IMG/VR virus record: IMGVR_UViG_3300024239_000013
Coordinates: 248,001 to 312,000 of that record
Length of the DNA stretch: 64,000 nucleotides
Direction: 5' to 3' (one strand)
Part shown: positions 1 to 9,763 of the stretch, piece after piece
Numbering within the stretch: position 1 is the first letter of the stretch
Layout of the letters: each line of letters opens with the position of its first letter
Translations under genes and position numbers: made by a program
Notes under the pieces: generated by a model
What the model was told of the DNA's origin: nothing
Database searches by the model: none
What the model saw: only the letters and a program-made list of their open reading frames with translations

Positions 1-138
1 ATCACCTAAAACCTCTCCCTTATTAGTAAGAAGGAGCATTTTAAGTTGACCTATACAAATCTCTATTGGATCTGTAATTTCTAACTGGTACGGATTGTAA
101 TTTGGATCTAGTGGATCTCTGTTATAAATCTCTCTCAT
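1..138 (-). CDS. gp25-like baseplate wedge protein (5' part, runs off window start)
   Basis: Not in ORF track. Manual translation from ATG at 138: MREIYNRDPLDPNYNPYQLEITDPIEICIGQLKMLLLTNKGEVLGD. LLTxKGExLGD resembles the gp25/GPW motif; late motif 19 nt upstream. Confidence 0.65.
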   Translation of the reverse strand, partial: MREIYNRDPLDPNYNPYQLEITDPIEICIGQLKMLLLTNKGEVLGD

Positions 139-157
139 AGGAAAATTAATTTCCTAT

Positions 158-165
158 TATATATC
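158..165 (-). promoter_or_regulatory. late promoter motif GATATATA (representative copy)
   Basis: GATATATA also at 3671, 15694, 17514, 24465, 30086, 33533, 36307, 45096, 49186, 51478, 62195; GATAAATA at 8182, 16874, 58777; all just upstream of minus-strand starts. Confidence 0.75.
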
Positions 166-272
166 CATAATCAAAGAGAGGTCAAAAGAGGGGAAATTAT
201 ATAAATATCTGGATAATATTTCTTTTTTTATTTTCATACTTATCATAATACCATATGACCCCTGTGTATTTT

Positions 273-1049
273 TCAATTCCACTGTAAGAAATAAGATGGA
301 GTATTCTCACCATTGATCATGTCCATTACTTCCTGAAGCTCATTTGCTCCTTGGCTTCCGATTTCACTGGCGTTTATTTGAACTCCTCCCGGAAGATTAT
401 AAGTGAAAACACTCAACATCTGTGATAAGGCAATTTTACATTTGGCTATACAATATCTAACGAAGAGCTCATCATCGTATAAATATTCATCCAATATAGC
501 TACGTGACATCTTACTGATACATCAACTCCGCCTACACTGAATCCTTGAGCCATTTGACCCTTTCCTGATCTATTTGGATCTCTCCCTAATATTGTTAAA
601 AATTTAGTGTTCTTATTATATTTAAAAGCATATGTATTTAAAAGATAGGCTTTAGCCAAGTCGAAATATGAATACATAACTGTTCTATAAACTAAGTTAT
701 CTCCTACAAAAGGTGACAATAAAAGTTCGGAACCTAATAATTTAGAATCACCAAAATCTCTATCTGGGTTTCCTGATATACCATATCCACCAAGTTCTCT
801 AACCTCATAAACACTAATTATCGATTTCGGAAGCTTTATCTGTCTAGTTCTTTTAAATTCTTGATGTTGGAAAAGTTTATTTTCCAGAACAAATATTCTT
901 TCCTCTACCGCATATTGGTAATTATCATAAAACCAAGCCTTTGCCCTGTCTATAATTCTCTCAATCTCTGCGACATTTAGATTGTAAGGTAAAGCACAAC
1001 TAAAAGAAAGTGAATCTTGTATTTCCTGTATTAACTCTTCCTGTGTCAT
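273..1049 (-). CDS. neck protein, T4 gp13-like
   Basis: 258 aa; C-terminal LPGGVQINASEI..QG..EL motif typical of gp13. Confidence 0.65.
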   Translation of the reverse strand: MTQEELIQEIQDSLSFSCALPYNLNVAEIERIIDRAKAWFYDNYQYAVEERIFVLENKLFQHQEFKRTRQIKLPKSIISVYEVRELGGYGISGNPDRDFGDSKLLGSELLLSPFVGDNLVYRTVMYSYFDLAKAYLLNTYAFKYNKNTKFLTILGRDPNRSGKGQMAQGFSVGGVDVSVRCHVAILDEYLYDDELFVRYCIAKCKIALSQMLSVFTYNLPGGVQINASEIGSQGANELQEVMDMINGENTPSYFLQWN

Positions 1050-1065
1050 TTGTTATTAATTTTTT

Positions 1066-2472
1066 TTAGTAATTCATATTACCGAATCTTTGATCTTTGT
1101 ATTTATCATTTAGATCTTTTAATCTTTTATCAGTAACGAATCTTATCATTCTCTGGTCTTCAAGATTTTTAACTTTCATGGTCTCTTTACTAACATCTGC
1201 ATTTTCTCCAATGTTACCAGCTCTAAGAACTCCTCCTTCAATTTTACAGTTTATATTTTTTCCCTGACAGTCTATAAAGCAATCTTTAAGTTCATTCGAA
1301 TAATCAACAATAGTAGATTTAACCTTTGAAGATATAACTTTTGTCCCTGAAAAAATATAGGAATCTTCAACTGAGGATTTCTTAATTTCACAGTTGTATA
1401 TGTTACAATTTCTAATTATTGCATTTTTAATATCACAAAGGATTAAATCTATTCCTTCTATTTCAAAAGAGTTCCTAAATCTGGCTTCCTTTACCTGATA
1501 TCTTCCTGTTGTAGTATCATAATTAAAATAGCAAGATGTAATATTACCCTCTATAATAAGATCGAATATTTTATCTCTTATTGCAGGAAAGTAAGTTTTT
1601 ACATTCTCGTCCCACCCCTTTAGATCTATAAATATATGGAAGTCTGGATAATTTCTAAAGAAAAAATCTGGATTTGAAAAAGATCTTACAACTTTAGAAT
1701 ACTTATTCATCATTTTCTGAAGTTCTGCTAAATCATCTTTACTATATCCAGATATTCTATGACTAAGTATGTCGTATAAATAGAGTATAATATAATCTAT
1801 TATCTCTCTTATTTCTTTTATTTTTTTCTGATAATCTCTGTTACCTAAGTATCTAAATTCAATATAACCTTTAGGAATTTTGGTAAAATTAACTCCATAA
1901 TATTTGTCATCCGGAACTCTATACATTTTAGGATCTATTGTTTGTATATTTTCTAATATAGAAAATCTATTTCTCGGAACTACTTTTTTTATAGATTTTG
2001 CATAGACATTTTTTTCCCTATTCCCGAATCTAGAATAAATAAATCCTTCATCCAATCCTAAGATAAACTTAAGCTTGTCCAAAGTTTCTATTTTATCCTT
2101 TACGTCTCTCCTGTTTTTATCGAAGCTCACAGAAAATTGGAATGCACATCTATCCGTTGTCCATCCATTTTCGTCTATCCAATTTAAAACTTTAATTAAA
2201 ATTGGTATTGCTTCATTATAAGGAAGTGGTCCTGTTATAAACTCCATCATTTTACTTCCACCTGAATAATCGGGTTCGAGTTTAAAGTTATCTGAATCAA
2301 CAGGTACATTAGAGTGATATTTCTCAGAAACCACCACTTTCTTTTTTAAAAGTTTTGCCAATGACTCCGCAGCCTGACCTTTTAAAAGATCTGTATAGAA
2401 TTCAAATTCAAATCCTATTACTGAAGAGCCAAGGGCATTTATTTTATCAAAATGTGTTCTATTATCTGACAT
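1066..2472 (-). CDS. amidoligase-like (COOH-NH2 ligase fold) protein with C-terminal beta-helix-like repeats
   Basis: IGFEFEF, EPDYSGG, MEFITGP, YYGVNF and YIEFRYLG motifs; short I/C/S/N repeats at C-terminus. Confidence 0.6.
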   Translation of the reverse strand: MSDNRTHFDKINALGSSVIGFEFEFYTDLLKGQAAESLAKLLKKKVVVSEKYHSNVPVDSDNFKLEPDYSGGSKMMEFITGPLPYNEAIPILIKVLNWIDENGWTTDRCAFQFSVSFDKNRRDVKDKIETLDKLKFILGLDEGFIYSRFGNREKNVYAKSIKKVVPRNRFSILENIQTIDPKMYRVPDDKYYGVNFTKIPKGYIEFRYLGNRDYQKKIKEIREIIDYIILYLYDILSHRISGYSKDDLAELQKMMNKYSKVVRSFSNPDFFFRNYPDFHIFIDLKGWDENVKTYFPAIRDKIFDLIIEGNITSCYFNYDTTTGRYQVKEARFRNSFEIEGIDLILCDIKNAIIRNCNIYNCEIKKSSVEDSYIFSGTKVISSKVKSTIVDYSNELKDCFIDCQGKNINCKIEGGVLRAGNIGENADVSKETMKVKNLEDQRMIRFVTDKRLKDLNDKYKDQRFGNMNY

Positions 2473-3628
2473 CTATTAGTTCAACATATATTTTTCCTGA
2501 TATAGTGTCTACCTCATAAGGAAGAACTCTCAGGTCATCTCCAGGTTTGATATTAGCAGCTTTTTTCCCGAGTTTATCTTGAGGAACGAGAGCCATTAAA
2601 CCAAATTCAGTAAGCTCTACTAAAGCTCCATTTTTTCTTTTATGTTTAACTTTAGCATCTATAGCTTCACAGGTTCCTTCATTAACTTGTGATTCTAATT
2701 TTTGTATAATTATATTTCTTTCTAGAGGCTTATCTAAGGTTAAAGTTAATCTATTATTATCCTTTATCTCCTTAACATAAAATTCTACTTCAGATCCAGG
2801 AGAAAGAGTTGACAAAGAATCTTCTTCCGAAAATTCCGTTTTATGAATCAATCCGGTATAAACACTGTCCCATTCTACAAAAACTCCAAAATCACTGGTT
2901 CCTGTTACATATCCTTTATATTTTTTAGTAAGATCCAATTCCTGTATTTTGGAATCCATTATCTTATTAAGATATTTTTTATACGAAACGATAAAGATAT
3001 CCTTAGCTTCCACATAACCTTCAATCATAACATGAAGTTCTTTTCCGATGTATGATTCAAAATCTGTTATTTTATTAGCAGCTGCTAGTGATCCAGGTAA
3101 GAAACATTTAATTCCAGATAGTTCAGCAATATATCCTCCCTTATTAACACTGATTATTTTAACTTTATATGCACTGCTTTCCTTCTTAATTTGCTCAAAA
3201 AGTTCAGCTCTTAAAGTATGAATATAATATTCTATAACTGATCCTAAATAGTTACCGTTAGATTTTCTAACTCTAGCTTTAAGTTCAGCTCCAGGATTAA
3301 ACGAAAGATTTATAATATTAAGTCTTTCTGCGTCTCTCTTTTCCTTTTTAATATCTATATAAATAGTCTGACCTGATGCTGTCTGAGCTAATGCTTCATC
3401 CTCTTTCAGTTGTACTATTTTACAAAGATAAACAGATCCATCTACTAGATCTTTAGGTTCGAGTTCATAATCTGAAGAACCATAAGAATCAAAGTATAAT
3501 TCTGCTAATTCCTGAGCATAGGGTTCGTGACAAAAAATCTTATTACCCTTTGCTGATTTAATTTTGTTATTGACTGTTAGCCTGCTAGGTACGTCCCATT
3601 CAAAAGTGTCGAAATGATTCGAATTCAT
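2462..3628 (-). CDS. rpsA: ribosomal protein S1-like protein (about 4 S1 domains)
   Basis: KGGYIAELSGIKCFLPGS and GYVTGTSDFGVFVE..TGLIHKTE match bS1 domains 2 and 3; fourth repeat GALVEL..ALVP. Confidence 0.75.
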   Translation of the reverse strand: MNSNHFDTFEWDVPSRLTVNNKIKSAKGNKIFCHEPYAQELAELYFDSYGSSDYELEPKDLVDGSVYLCKIVQLKEDEALAQTASGQTIYIDIKKEKRDAERLNIINLSFNPGAELKARVRKSNGNYLGSVIEYYIHTLRAELFEQIKKESSAYKVKIISVNKGGYIAELSGIKCFLPGSLAAANKITDFESYIGKELHVMIEGYVEAKDIFIVSYKKYLNKIMDSKIQELDLTKKYKGYVTGTSDFGVFVEWDSVYTGLIHKTEFSEEDSLSTLSPGSEVEFYVKEIKDNNRLTLTLDKPLERNIIIQKLESQVNEGTCEAIDAKVKHKRKNGALVELTEFGLMALVPQDKLGKKAANIKPGDDLRVLPYEVDTISGKIYVELIDVR

Positions 3629-3663
3629 ATTTTTTTTAGTTTAAAGTGATTAAAAGTATCTTT

Positions 3664-3692
3664 ATTATACTATATATCATACATTGAGTTCC
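3664..3692 (-). promoter_or_regulatory. middle-type promoter GGAAC-N18-TATAAT with nested late motif (S1 operon)
   Basis: Exact 18-nt spacer; GATATATA at 3671-3678 lies inside the spacer. Confidence 0.65.
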
Positions 3693-3711
3693 TTTGTAAA
3701 GAAGTTTTTTA

Positions 3712-5148
3712 CTAAAAAACCAGAGGGACAAATCCTATCATTGATGTAGGTCCTTTAGCGGTAGGGATACCTCCACGGTATATAAATTTAAGTTCTAATA
3801 AATGCATAGCAAAGGAAAATGCTATAGCAGTCGAAACTAATTTACTAGCTATTGGAATCTCCCCGGTTTTTTTAAATCTTTTTCCGGTGTTAAAAGATCT
3901 TCTTAAATAGTTTGCGAGATTTTTCTGACTTCCATAATATACTGGAATATATTTACCTCCCTGAGGTTGTACTATAAGTGCAGGAAATACAGGGGGATTT
4001 GACGAAAGAGGTTGATCCAAGGTTGATTTCCAATAATCTATTATTCCCCTTGCCATAATATGATATGGGTCATTTTCTTCAACTGGATCTTCTTGGGGTT
4101 TTTCTGAATTGGCTATCTCTTCTATCCATTTAATTCTAAGATTTCTATATCTTTCATTTTCTTCATCATACTCTTTTCTTTTGGATTCTATAGATAAATT
4201 AAAAAATGTAGGGACACCTTCATAATCAAAAAGATTTGCATTAATATACGAATTTAATAAGGAAGATTCTGGATACTCATCAGACAAAACACTTATAACT
4301 TTTTTTATAGAAATTTCGTTGTTGGGAAATACTGTTTCCTTTATTGTGCTACTTAAATCATAATCAGACTTCCCTATGATTTTTTTAAAAAAATCAGAAT
4401 CATTAGAAGGTGAATATGAAAATTTTACGATAAAGTCTTTTGTTAAATAATCCGGTACTCTTTCTGGGTTGGTTGAATTATCTACCTGTAAAATTCTCTC
4501 CGTTATATTAATATCATCCAGATTCTTAGATACATCTATTAAATTTAGAGTAGATTCTTTGGATCCGCTTTCTTCTATAAGGACTCTAGCAATTTCTTTT
4601 AAAACATCAGAACCCCAATCTGAATATGTTCCATATTTTAAGGAATACAGCCATTCTATATAAGAAACTGAATTATATCTGGAAAATTGTGATATTAATT
4701 TTCTTGACAATTCCTTAATTGTTTGACTTCTATCTTTTGGGAATCCGGGGAACTGTGAAAAAAATTGTGAATATTTAAAAGGTTCGATGTCTTCCTCGTT
4801 TAGATCTGTCCAATCTCTGAAGTCTAGTTCTATTTGATCTATTGCTCCTTCAACACTAGTTTCCGGCAACTTTTCTTCTAGGTCTGCATACATCGGGTCG
4901 GATTCTTTCTCCTCTAGTGTTGGAGACGTTTCACTTTCTAACATTTTAAATGCCCTTGCAAAGGACGAAACTAAAATATCTGAAGATCCTTTTTTATGCA
5001 CATTACCAAAAGGCGACTGAGCCTTATCGACGGTTGCTTTTAAATATTGATCGCTTATAAAATTAGCAAAATCTTCAGAATCTTTTATATCTTGAGATTC
5101 TAATTTTTTACTAACGTTATCTATAAATGATTTCCAATCTGCTGGCAT
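3712..5148 (-). CDS. hypothetical protein (probable baseplate/virion)
   Basis: 478 aa ORF directly downstream of the spike gene. Confidence 0.45.
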   Translation of the reverse strand: MPADWKSFIDNVSKKLESQDIKDSEDFANFISDQYLKATVDKAQSPFGNVHKKGSSDILVSSFARAFKMLESETSPTLEEKESDPMYADLEEKLPETSVEGAIDQIELDFRDWTDLNEEDIEPFKYSQFFSQFPGFPKDRSQTIKELSRKLISQFSRYNSVSYIEWLYSLKYGTYSDWGSDVLKEIARVLIEESGSKESTLNLIDVSKNLDDINITERILQVDNSTNPERVPDYLTKDFIVKFSYSPSNDSDFFKKIIGKSDYDLSSTIKETVFPNNEISIKKVISVLSDEYPESSLLNSYINANLFDYEGVPTFFNLSIESKRKEYDEENERYRNLRIKWIEEIANSEKPQEDPVEENDPYHIMARGIIDYWKSTLDQPLSSNPPVFPALIVQPQGGKYIPVYYGSQKNLANYLRRSFNTGKRFKKTGEIPIASKLVSTAIAFSFAMHLLELKFIYRGGIPTAKGPTSMIGFVPLVF

Positions 5149-5151
5149 TTT

Positions 5152-5853
5152 TTATTTAGTTTTAGATACATTACTAAGATGTTCATTTTCTACCATTTTC
5201 TGTATAGGGATACCAGAAGGACCGACACCAGTTGGGTGAGTATGTGAATTAAAAAGTTTCATAAACTTATCACCTAGAATTATTTTTTCCATGGCTTTTT
5301 CACCAAGTTCTATATTTTCTGATTTAATTATAACCTTTTGCTTCCCACCATTTTTCTCCATTCTAATCTCGTCATCATTCATCTTAAGTTTAATTCTAAG
5401 TTTCTCTTTATCCTTTCCTGCATTTTGTGTATCTATCTGAATTGTTGCGTCGCCTAATTGGAATAATAATCCATTTTTTCTGGTGTATCCTATTTTTAAA
5501 ATCCCAGGTTCCGCCTCAGAATCATACACTAGGGCATGAGTTCCTTCATAAGAATTTTCTTGTTTCAGTTCATCCAAGAGTGCCTTGTCAAATTCCTTTA
5601 TGAAGTGATAAGACAATTTATAATAATTATTATGTTCGAAGTGAACTGCAACTATAGTACCTAAACGTGGTATAGATATGTTACCCCCTCCGTAATCCCC
5701 ACCAAAAGACATACCAGCAATTTGCTCAGCCCAAGGTAAATCTTCTACTGGAATACCATCAAAAAATCCAAAAACATCAATTTTAGCTCTCCCCTGATAA
5801 AGAGGATCTTTTATATCAACTATTCTACCTAGATATGTTTTTTCACTTGGCAT
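5152..5853 (-). CDS. baseplate spike, gp5 N-terminal OB-fold/gpV-like
   Basis: GRIVDIKDPLYQGRAKI..DLPWA, IPRLGTIVAVHF, C-terminal HTHPTGVGPSG apex motif; no lysozyme domain. Confidence 0.75.
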   Translation of the reverse strand: MPSEKTYLGRIVDIKDPLYQGRAKIDVFGFFDGIPVEDLPWAEQIAGMSFGGDYGGGNISIPRLGTIVAVHFEHNNYYKLSYHFIKEFDKALLDELKQENSYEGTHALVYDSEAEPGILKIGYTRKNGLLFQLGDATIQIDTQNAGKDKEKLRIKLKMNDDEIRMEKNGGKQKVIIKSENIELGEKAMEKIILGDKFMKLFNSHTHPTGVGPSGIPIQKMVENEHLSNVSKTK

Positions 5854-5858
5854 AATTA

Positions 5859-8159
5859 TTAAAATTCAGTTTCGGGAGTATTAAATCCTCCAGTACTTAT
5901 ATTGTATTTATTTTTAGGTTTTAGATTTCCCAGATTTTTAGGTTTGTCCATAATAAAATCTCCACTAGTTGGTGGGTAGATTCTACCGATATCTCCTCTA
6001 CTTTTTTTATCTATGGGTTTTTTATAGACTGGTAAAGGTTTTTGCTCAAATGAATTAGACTGATCTCTTAATTCTCCTCCAGAATTTATTATTCTTTTCT
6101 CAGGATAAACCATTTCTCCTAGATTATTTATATCTATAGATTTACCTTCGTCTTCATATACCCTATCTTTAGCTAAGAATTGGTAACTTGGCGTTTCTTT
6201 ATAAACATCTATATTATTCGGAAGCTGTTTAGTTTCTTCGGACTTACCATAAACGGAATCATTAAAAGAAGGATATTTTCTATTAGGGACACCAAGATCT
6301 TCTCCAGGTACCTTAGAATAAACATCATCATTTAAACCTCGATAAACTCTTTCAGGTAAACCTAAATCCTTGCCTGGAACGTTCTCATAAACATCACCAG
6401 ATGGTGCAGGATAGACTCTTCCAGACACACCCAAATCCTTGCCTGGAACGTTCTCATAAACATCTTCAGACGTTGAAGGATAGATTCTTTCAGGAGATCC
6501 TAGATCTTTCCCAGGAACATCAGAATATACGTCTCCCGTTGGAGTTTTATAAACTCTATCAGGAACACCTAGATCTTTCCCGGGAACATCAGAATATACG
6601 TCTCCAGTTGGAGTTTTATAAACTCTATCAGGAACACCTAGATCTTCACCAGGAACTTTGCTATATTCGTCTCCCGTTGGAGTTTTATAAACCCTTTCTG
6701 GAGGTCCTCCTAGTCCATTAGTTTTCGGATTTGGTAATTTAGATTTATTAAATCCACCATCAATACCACCTAAGCTATTTAAAAAATTCTGAGCATTATT
6801 ATACGAAAAATTAGAAGTCATCTGTGCTGGATTGAAACTATAAGAATTACCAAGAACTAAGCTATCTAATCCTCCTATATTAGGTTGAACTAAATTATTA
6901 ACCCCCTCGTTAATTAAATCATTAAGCGAATTACTCACAAAATTGGTTAAAAGTTCTCCTCCTAATGAAAGGATATCATTTGTATCTCTAGGATTTTTTT
7001 GAACCGATGATCTTGAAGAATCCCAGCTATCTCCAAGAATTAGAGGTTTTCCGTCTTGCCTGATATTAGGATATTGAGTTCTCATTCTAACCTTACCAAC
7101 ATGTATTTTAAATTTCTGTGTTACTGGTTCTGCGCTAATACCAACATTAATACTATTTGGTATAGGAGTACTTTCGGTAAAATCAAATTCGCAATTTCTA
7201 CACTCAAAAACAATCATTGGTTTTATTCCTGTTTGATCTTGTTGATTTTTAAGCAAAGAAAGATCATTATCTAAACCAGATTGATTTATTATATTACCTA
7301 CGAATGAATTAAAACTACTTGCAGGATTTATATTAGAATTACCGGATTTAAAATTTTTATCTTGATCTCCAATTATGGTATTAACCACACCTAAATTACT
7401 ACCTGGATTGTTACCAGACCCAAGTAAAGTAGAAAGATTATCAATTGCTGTAAGTGCTGCAGAAGAACCTAACAATCTAGAGGTCTTAAAAAAATTACGT
7501 ATCTCTGAAACAAAAATGTACATAGTAAATTTTCTAAGATTTCTTGGAAGCAATTCTCTCATATTATCGTAATCAAAAGTAGCTTGATTATAAAGATCTG
7601 CTAATGCAGTCATTCTTAGATTTAAAGATTCAAGTGTAGTAAATTCGAGTACCTTTCCTGCGGTTCTTTGCGGATTAAAAGCATTCTCTGAAGGATTTGA
7701 TTGATATCCGGGTCTAGAAACTTTAGCCAATTCGTCTAATCCATTTATCGATTGTATAAACCAGGGGGAATTTGATAAAAGATCGCTGAGTATTACCTTA
7801 AATTGTCTAAGCATATCTGATCTTTTCCCACCATAAAGGAAATCGGATTCTCTCTGTTCTAAATAACTTGCTGCAGAATAATAAGCAACCTTACCATTAG
7901 GTGATGGATTTATATAGTCATATTGTCTTTGTCCAAATGGATTTTCGCTAAAAAAGCTATTTCCTGATCCGTGATAATAGCTATCATCTTTAAAAAGTGG
8001 ACTTGGGGGAAGCCCGTCGTCAGCATTTATTGGAAGGGTTCCGAAATCAAAAACAAGTTTAAATCCAAGATATGTTGGATCCTCATAATTTCCTTGTTTT
8101 GATAGTTTAAATCCTTTTAAAAATAAACTTCTATGTTTGTCTGTTGCTCCTAATGACAT
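5859..8159 (-). CDS. baseplate/tail-tube-initiator-like protein with 23-aa tandem repeats
   Basis: 766 aa in baseplate cluster; repeats PDRVYKTPTGDVYSDVPGKDLGV; own late motif. Confidence 0.45.
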   Translation of the reverse strand: MSLGATDKHRSLFLKGFKLSKQGNYEDPTYLGFKLVFDFGTLPINADDGLPPSPLFKDDSYYHGSGNSFFSENPFGQRQYDYINPSPNGKVAYYSAASYLEQRESDFLYGGKRSDMLRQFKVILSDLLSNSPWFIQSINGLDELAKVSRPGYQSNPSENAFNPQRTAGKVLEFTTLESLNLRMTALADLYNQATFDYDNMRELLPRNLRKFTMYIFVSEIRNFFKTSRLLGSSAALTAIDNLSTLLGSGNNPGSNLGVVNTIIGDQDKNFKSGNSNINPASSFNSFVGNIINQSGLDNDLSLLKNQQDQTGIKPMIVFECRNCEFDFTESTPIPNSINVGISAEPVTQKFKIHVGKVRMRTQYPNIRQDGKPLILGDSWDSSRSSVQKNPRDTNDILSLGGELLTNFVSNSLNDLINEGVNNLVQPNIGGLDSLVLGNSYSFNPAQMTSNFSYNNAQNFLNSLGGIDGGFNKSKLPNPKTNGLGGPPERVYKTPTGDEYSKVPGEDLGVPDRVYKTPTGDVYSDVPGKDLGVPDRVYKTPTGDVYSDVPGKDLGSPERIYPSTSEDVYENVPGKDLGVSGRVYPAPSGDVYENVPGKDLGLPERVYRGLNDDVYSKVPGEDLGVPNRKYPSFNDSVYGKSEETKQLPNNIDVYKETPSYQFLAKDRVYEDEGKSIDINNLGEMVYPEKRIINSGGELRDQSNSFEQKPLPVYKKPIDKKSRGDIGRIYPPTSGDFIMDKPKNLGNLKPKNKYNISTGGFNTPETEF
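6270..6701 (-). repeat. 69-bp (23-aa) coding tandem repeat, 6 full copies plus a degenerate one
   Basis: Near-identical units such as ggagttttataaactctatcaggaacacctagatct seen directly. Confidence 0.9.
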
Positions 8160-8196
8160 CTGAGTTCTATAATATTTACTATATTTATCCTACATT

Positions 8197-9750
8197 TTAA
8201 AATTGTCTATTTTGGATCGATATCGGGAAAGCTTTAGGTATAGCCCCAGATTCATTAGCGACCCAAGTTCTTTTAGATAAAATAAGTATGTGTTTCATAC
8301 CACCTGCTGTTTCTGACCAGGTAACATGCATACCCATAACCACATACAACCCAGAAAGGAATTCATCCCTTGTTGGAATTAGATCAGTGTTTGTTTTTCT
8401 GTTTGGTATTTTTCCAACATTCTGTTGTCTAACTCCACCATCAAAAACATAAATTTCTACAGGTACTACTTGACCTCTATAGATACCGGGAAAATAGCCA
8501 TTCAATTCAACCTCCAATGTCATCTTAGTGACGTCATTAATATTTATTATATTTTGATATTTTGAATGATAATAGTTCTTATGAACTCCCTCTCCATTTT
8601 GAGGATCAGTATTTAGAATTCCTATCCATTCCCTTCTAGTTTCTAACTTATAATCATTACTTCTTGCCCTACCTTTTTGTAAAATACCACTAGATGGAAC
8701 GTTATCAGTTGTAAGTGATTCTATCTCGTAGCTTATGTATTTTTTTGAAGGGTCATCGGTTTCTAAATTTTCATCATAGAACCCTATGTTTGTAATATAC
8801 CCCATTTCGTTGCTGTTTATACCAGCTCTAGAAGTTAATGTATATCCGTTTATCATAAAAGGGTTTACTGCAGCTCCTATTACATTAGTCAAAAGTAAAG
8901 GGAGGCTAACTGGATCTCTAGTAGGGGTTCCAGGAAACATAGTATCAGCCTTTCCTCCTAAGTTGGTGTACCCTGGTACTATTACTATTTCTTCCTTGGT
9001 ATCTCCAGAAAAAGAAAATTGATTTCCTAAATTTGCAAAATTTAGATTATAATAACTGTCTATCCAGCAATCATAAAAACTGGATTCGTCATCCTTGTAT
9101 GATCTAATTGAAACTTCTTGTATAAAATCATAATAAGAGTAATTTGGACATATCCATGTCATCGAATCTTCAGTGTTTTTCTCGTTTGTAGAAAATCCTA
9201 AGTTTAATTCCTGAGAAACCTCTAATAATACATCAACAGAACTCATCGATTTGAAGGACTTTATCTTCGGTGTATATAAACCAGGAATATAACATTCAGC
9301 GACAACAAAAAATTTAAAATAAGATCCATTTGGGTCTGTTCCATCATTTGAATATCTACTAGAAACATCACCATCAACGGAAAGGATCTTGAAATCCATT
9401 CTGAATGGTTTATAGAAATCTCCAGGAGCTCTCATGTAAACCGAAACTATATCTCCGTCTTTTGGATAATTTACTGAAATAAAAGCTGTTTCTGCAGCAC
9501 TAAAAGTAAAATTAATAACAGGTAAAAATCCACTAAGATTTAAGCTAAAGTTTATTAAATATGTTGTAACATTATAACCATTAATTGAGATATAAGGGGA
9601 AACCACACCAGTTGCTTTCTCGTCAATTGATCCCATATTTCTCTTAGTTTCGATGCTTTCTGATCCGTTTGCAGCATCGATCTTAATAAGTTCATCAAGT
9701 TTTATATTATTTAGAGCTAGTGTTCCAAATTTTATATCATCTACAGTCAT
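8197..9750 (-). CDS. baseplate hub-like protein (gp27/gpD-like)
   Basis: Size and position; C-terminal GIYRGQVV...LSGLYVVMGMH pattern typical of hub proteins. Confidence 0.5.
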   Translation of the reverse strand: MTVDDIKFGTLALNNIKLDELIKIDAANGSESIETKRNMGSIDEKATGVVSPYISINGYNVTTYLINFSLNLSGFLPVINFTFSAAETAFISVNYPKDGDIVSVYMRAPGDFYKPFRMDFKILSVDGDVSSRYSNDGTDPNGSYFKFFVVAECYIPGLYTPKIKSFKSMSSVDVLLEVSQELNLGFSTNEKNTEDSMTWICPNYSYYDFIQEVSIRSYKDDESSFYDCWIDSYYNLNFANLGNQFSFSGDTKEEIVIVPGYTNLGGKADTMFPGTPTRDPVSLPLLLTNVIGAAVNPFMINGYTLTSRAGINSNEMGYITNIGFYDENLETDDPSKKYISYEIESLTTDNVPSSGILQKGRARSNDYKLETRREWIGILNTDPQNGEGVHKNYYHSKYQNIININDVTKMTLEVELNGYFPGIYRGQVVPVEIYVFDGGVRQQNVGKIPNRKTNTDLIPTRDEFLSGLYVVMGMHVTWSETAGGMKHILILSKRTWVANESGAIPKAFPISIQNRQF

Positions 9751-9763
9751 AATAAATTATAAA

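Noticed and set aside
6270-6701. Direct repeats as a possible CRISPR array
   Set aside because: Contiguous in-frame 69-bp coding units without unique spacers
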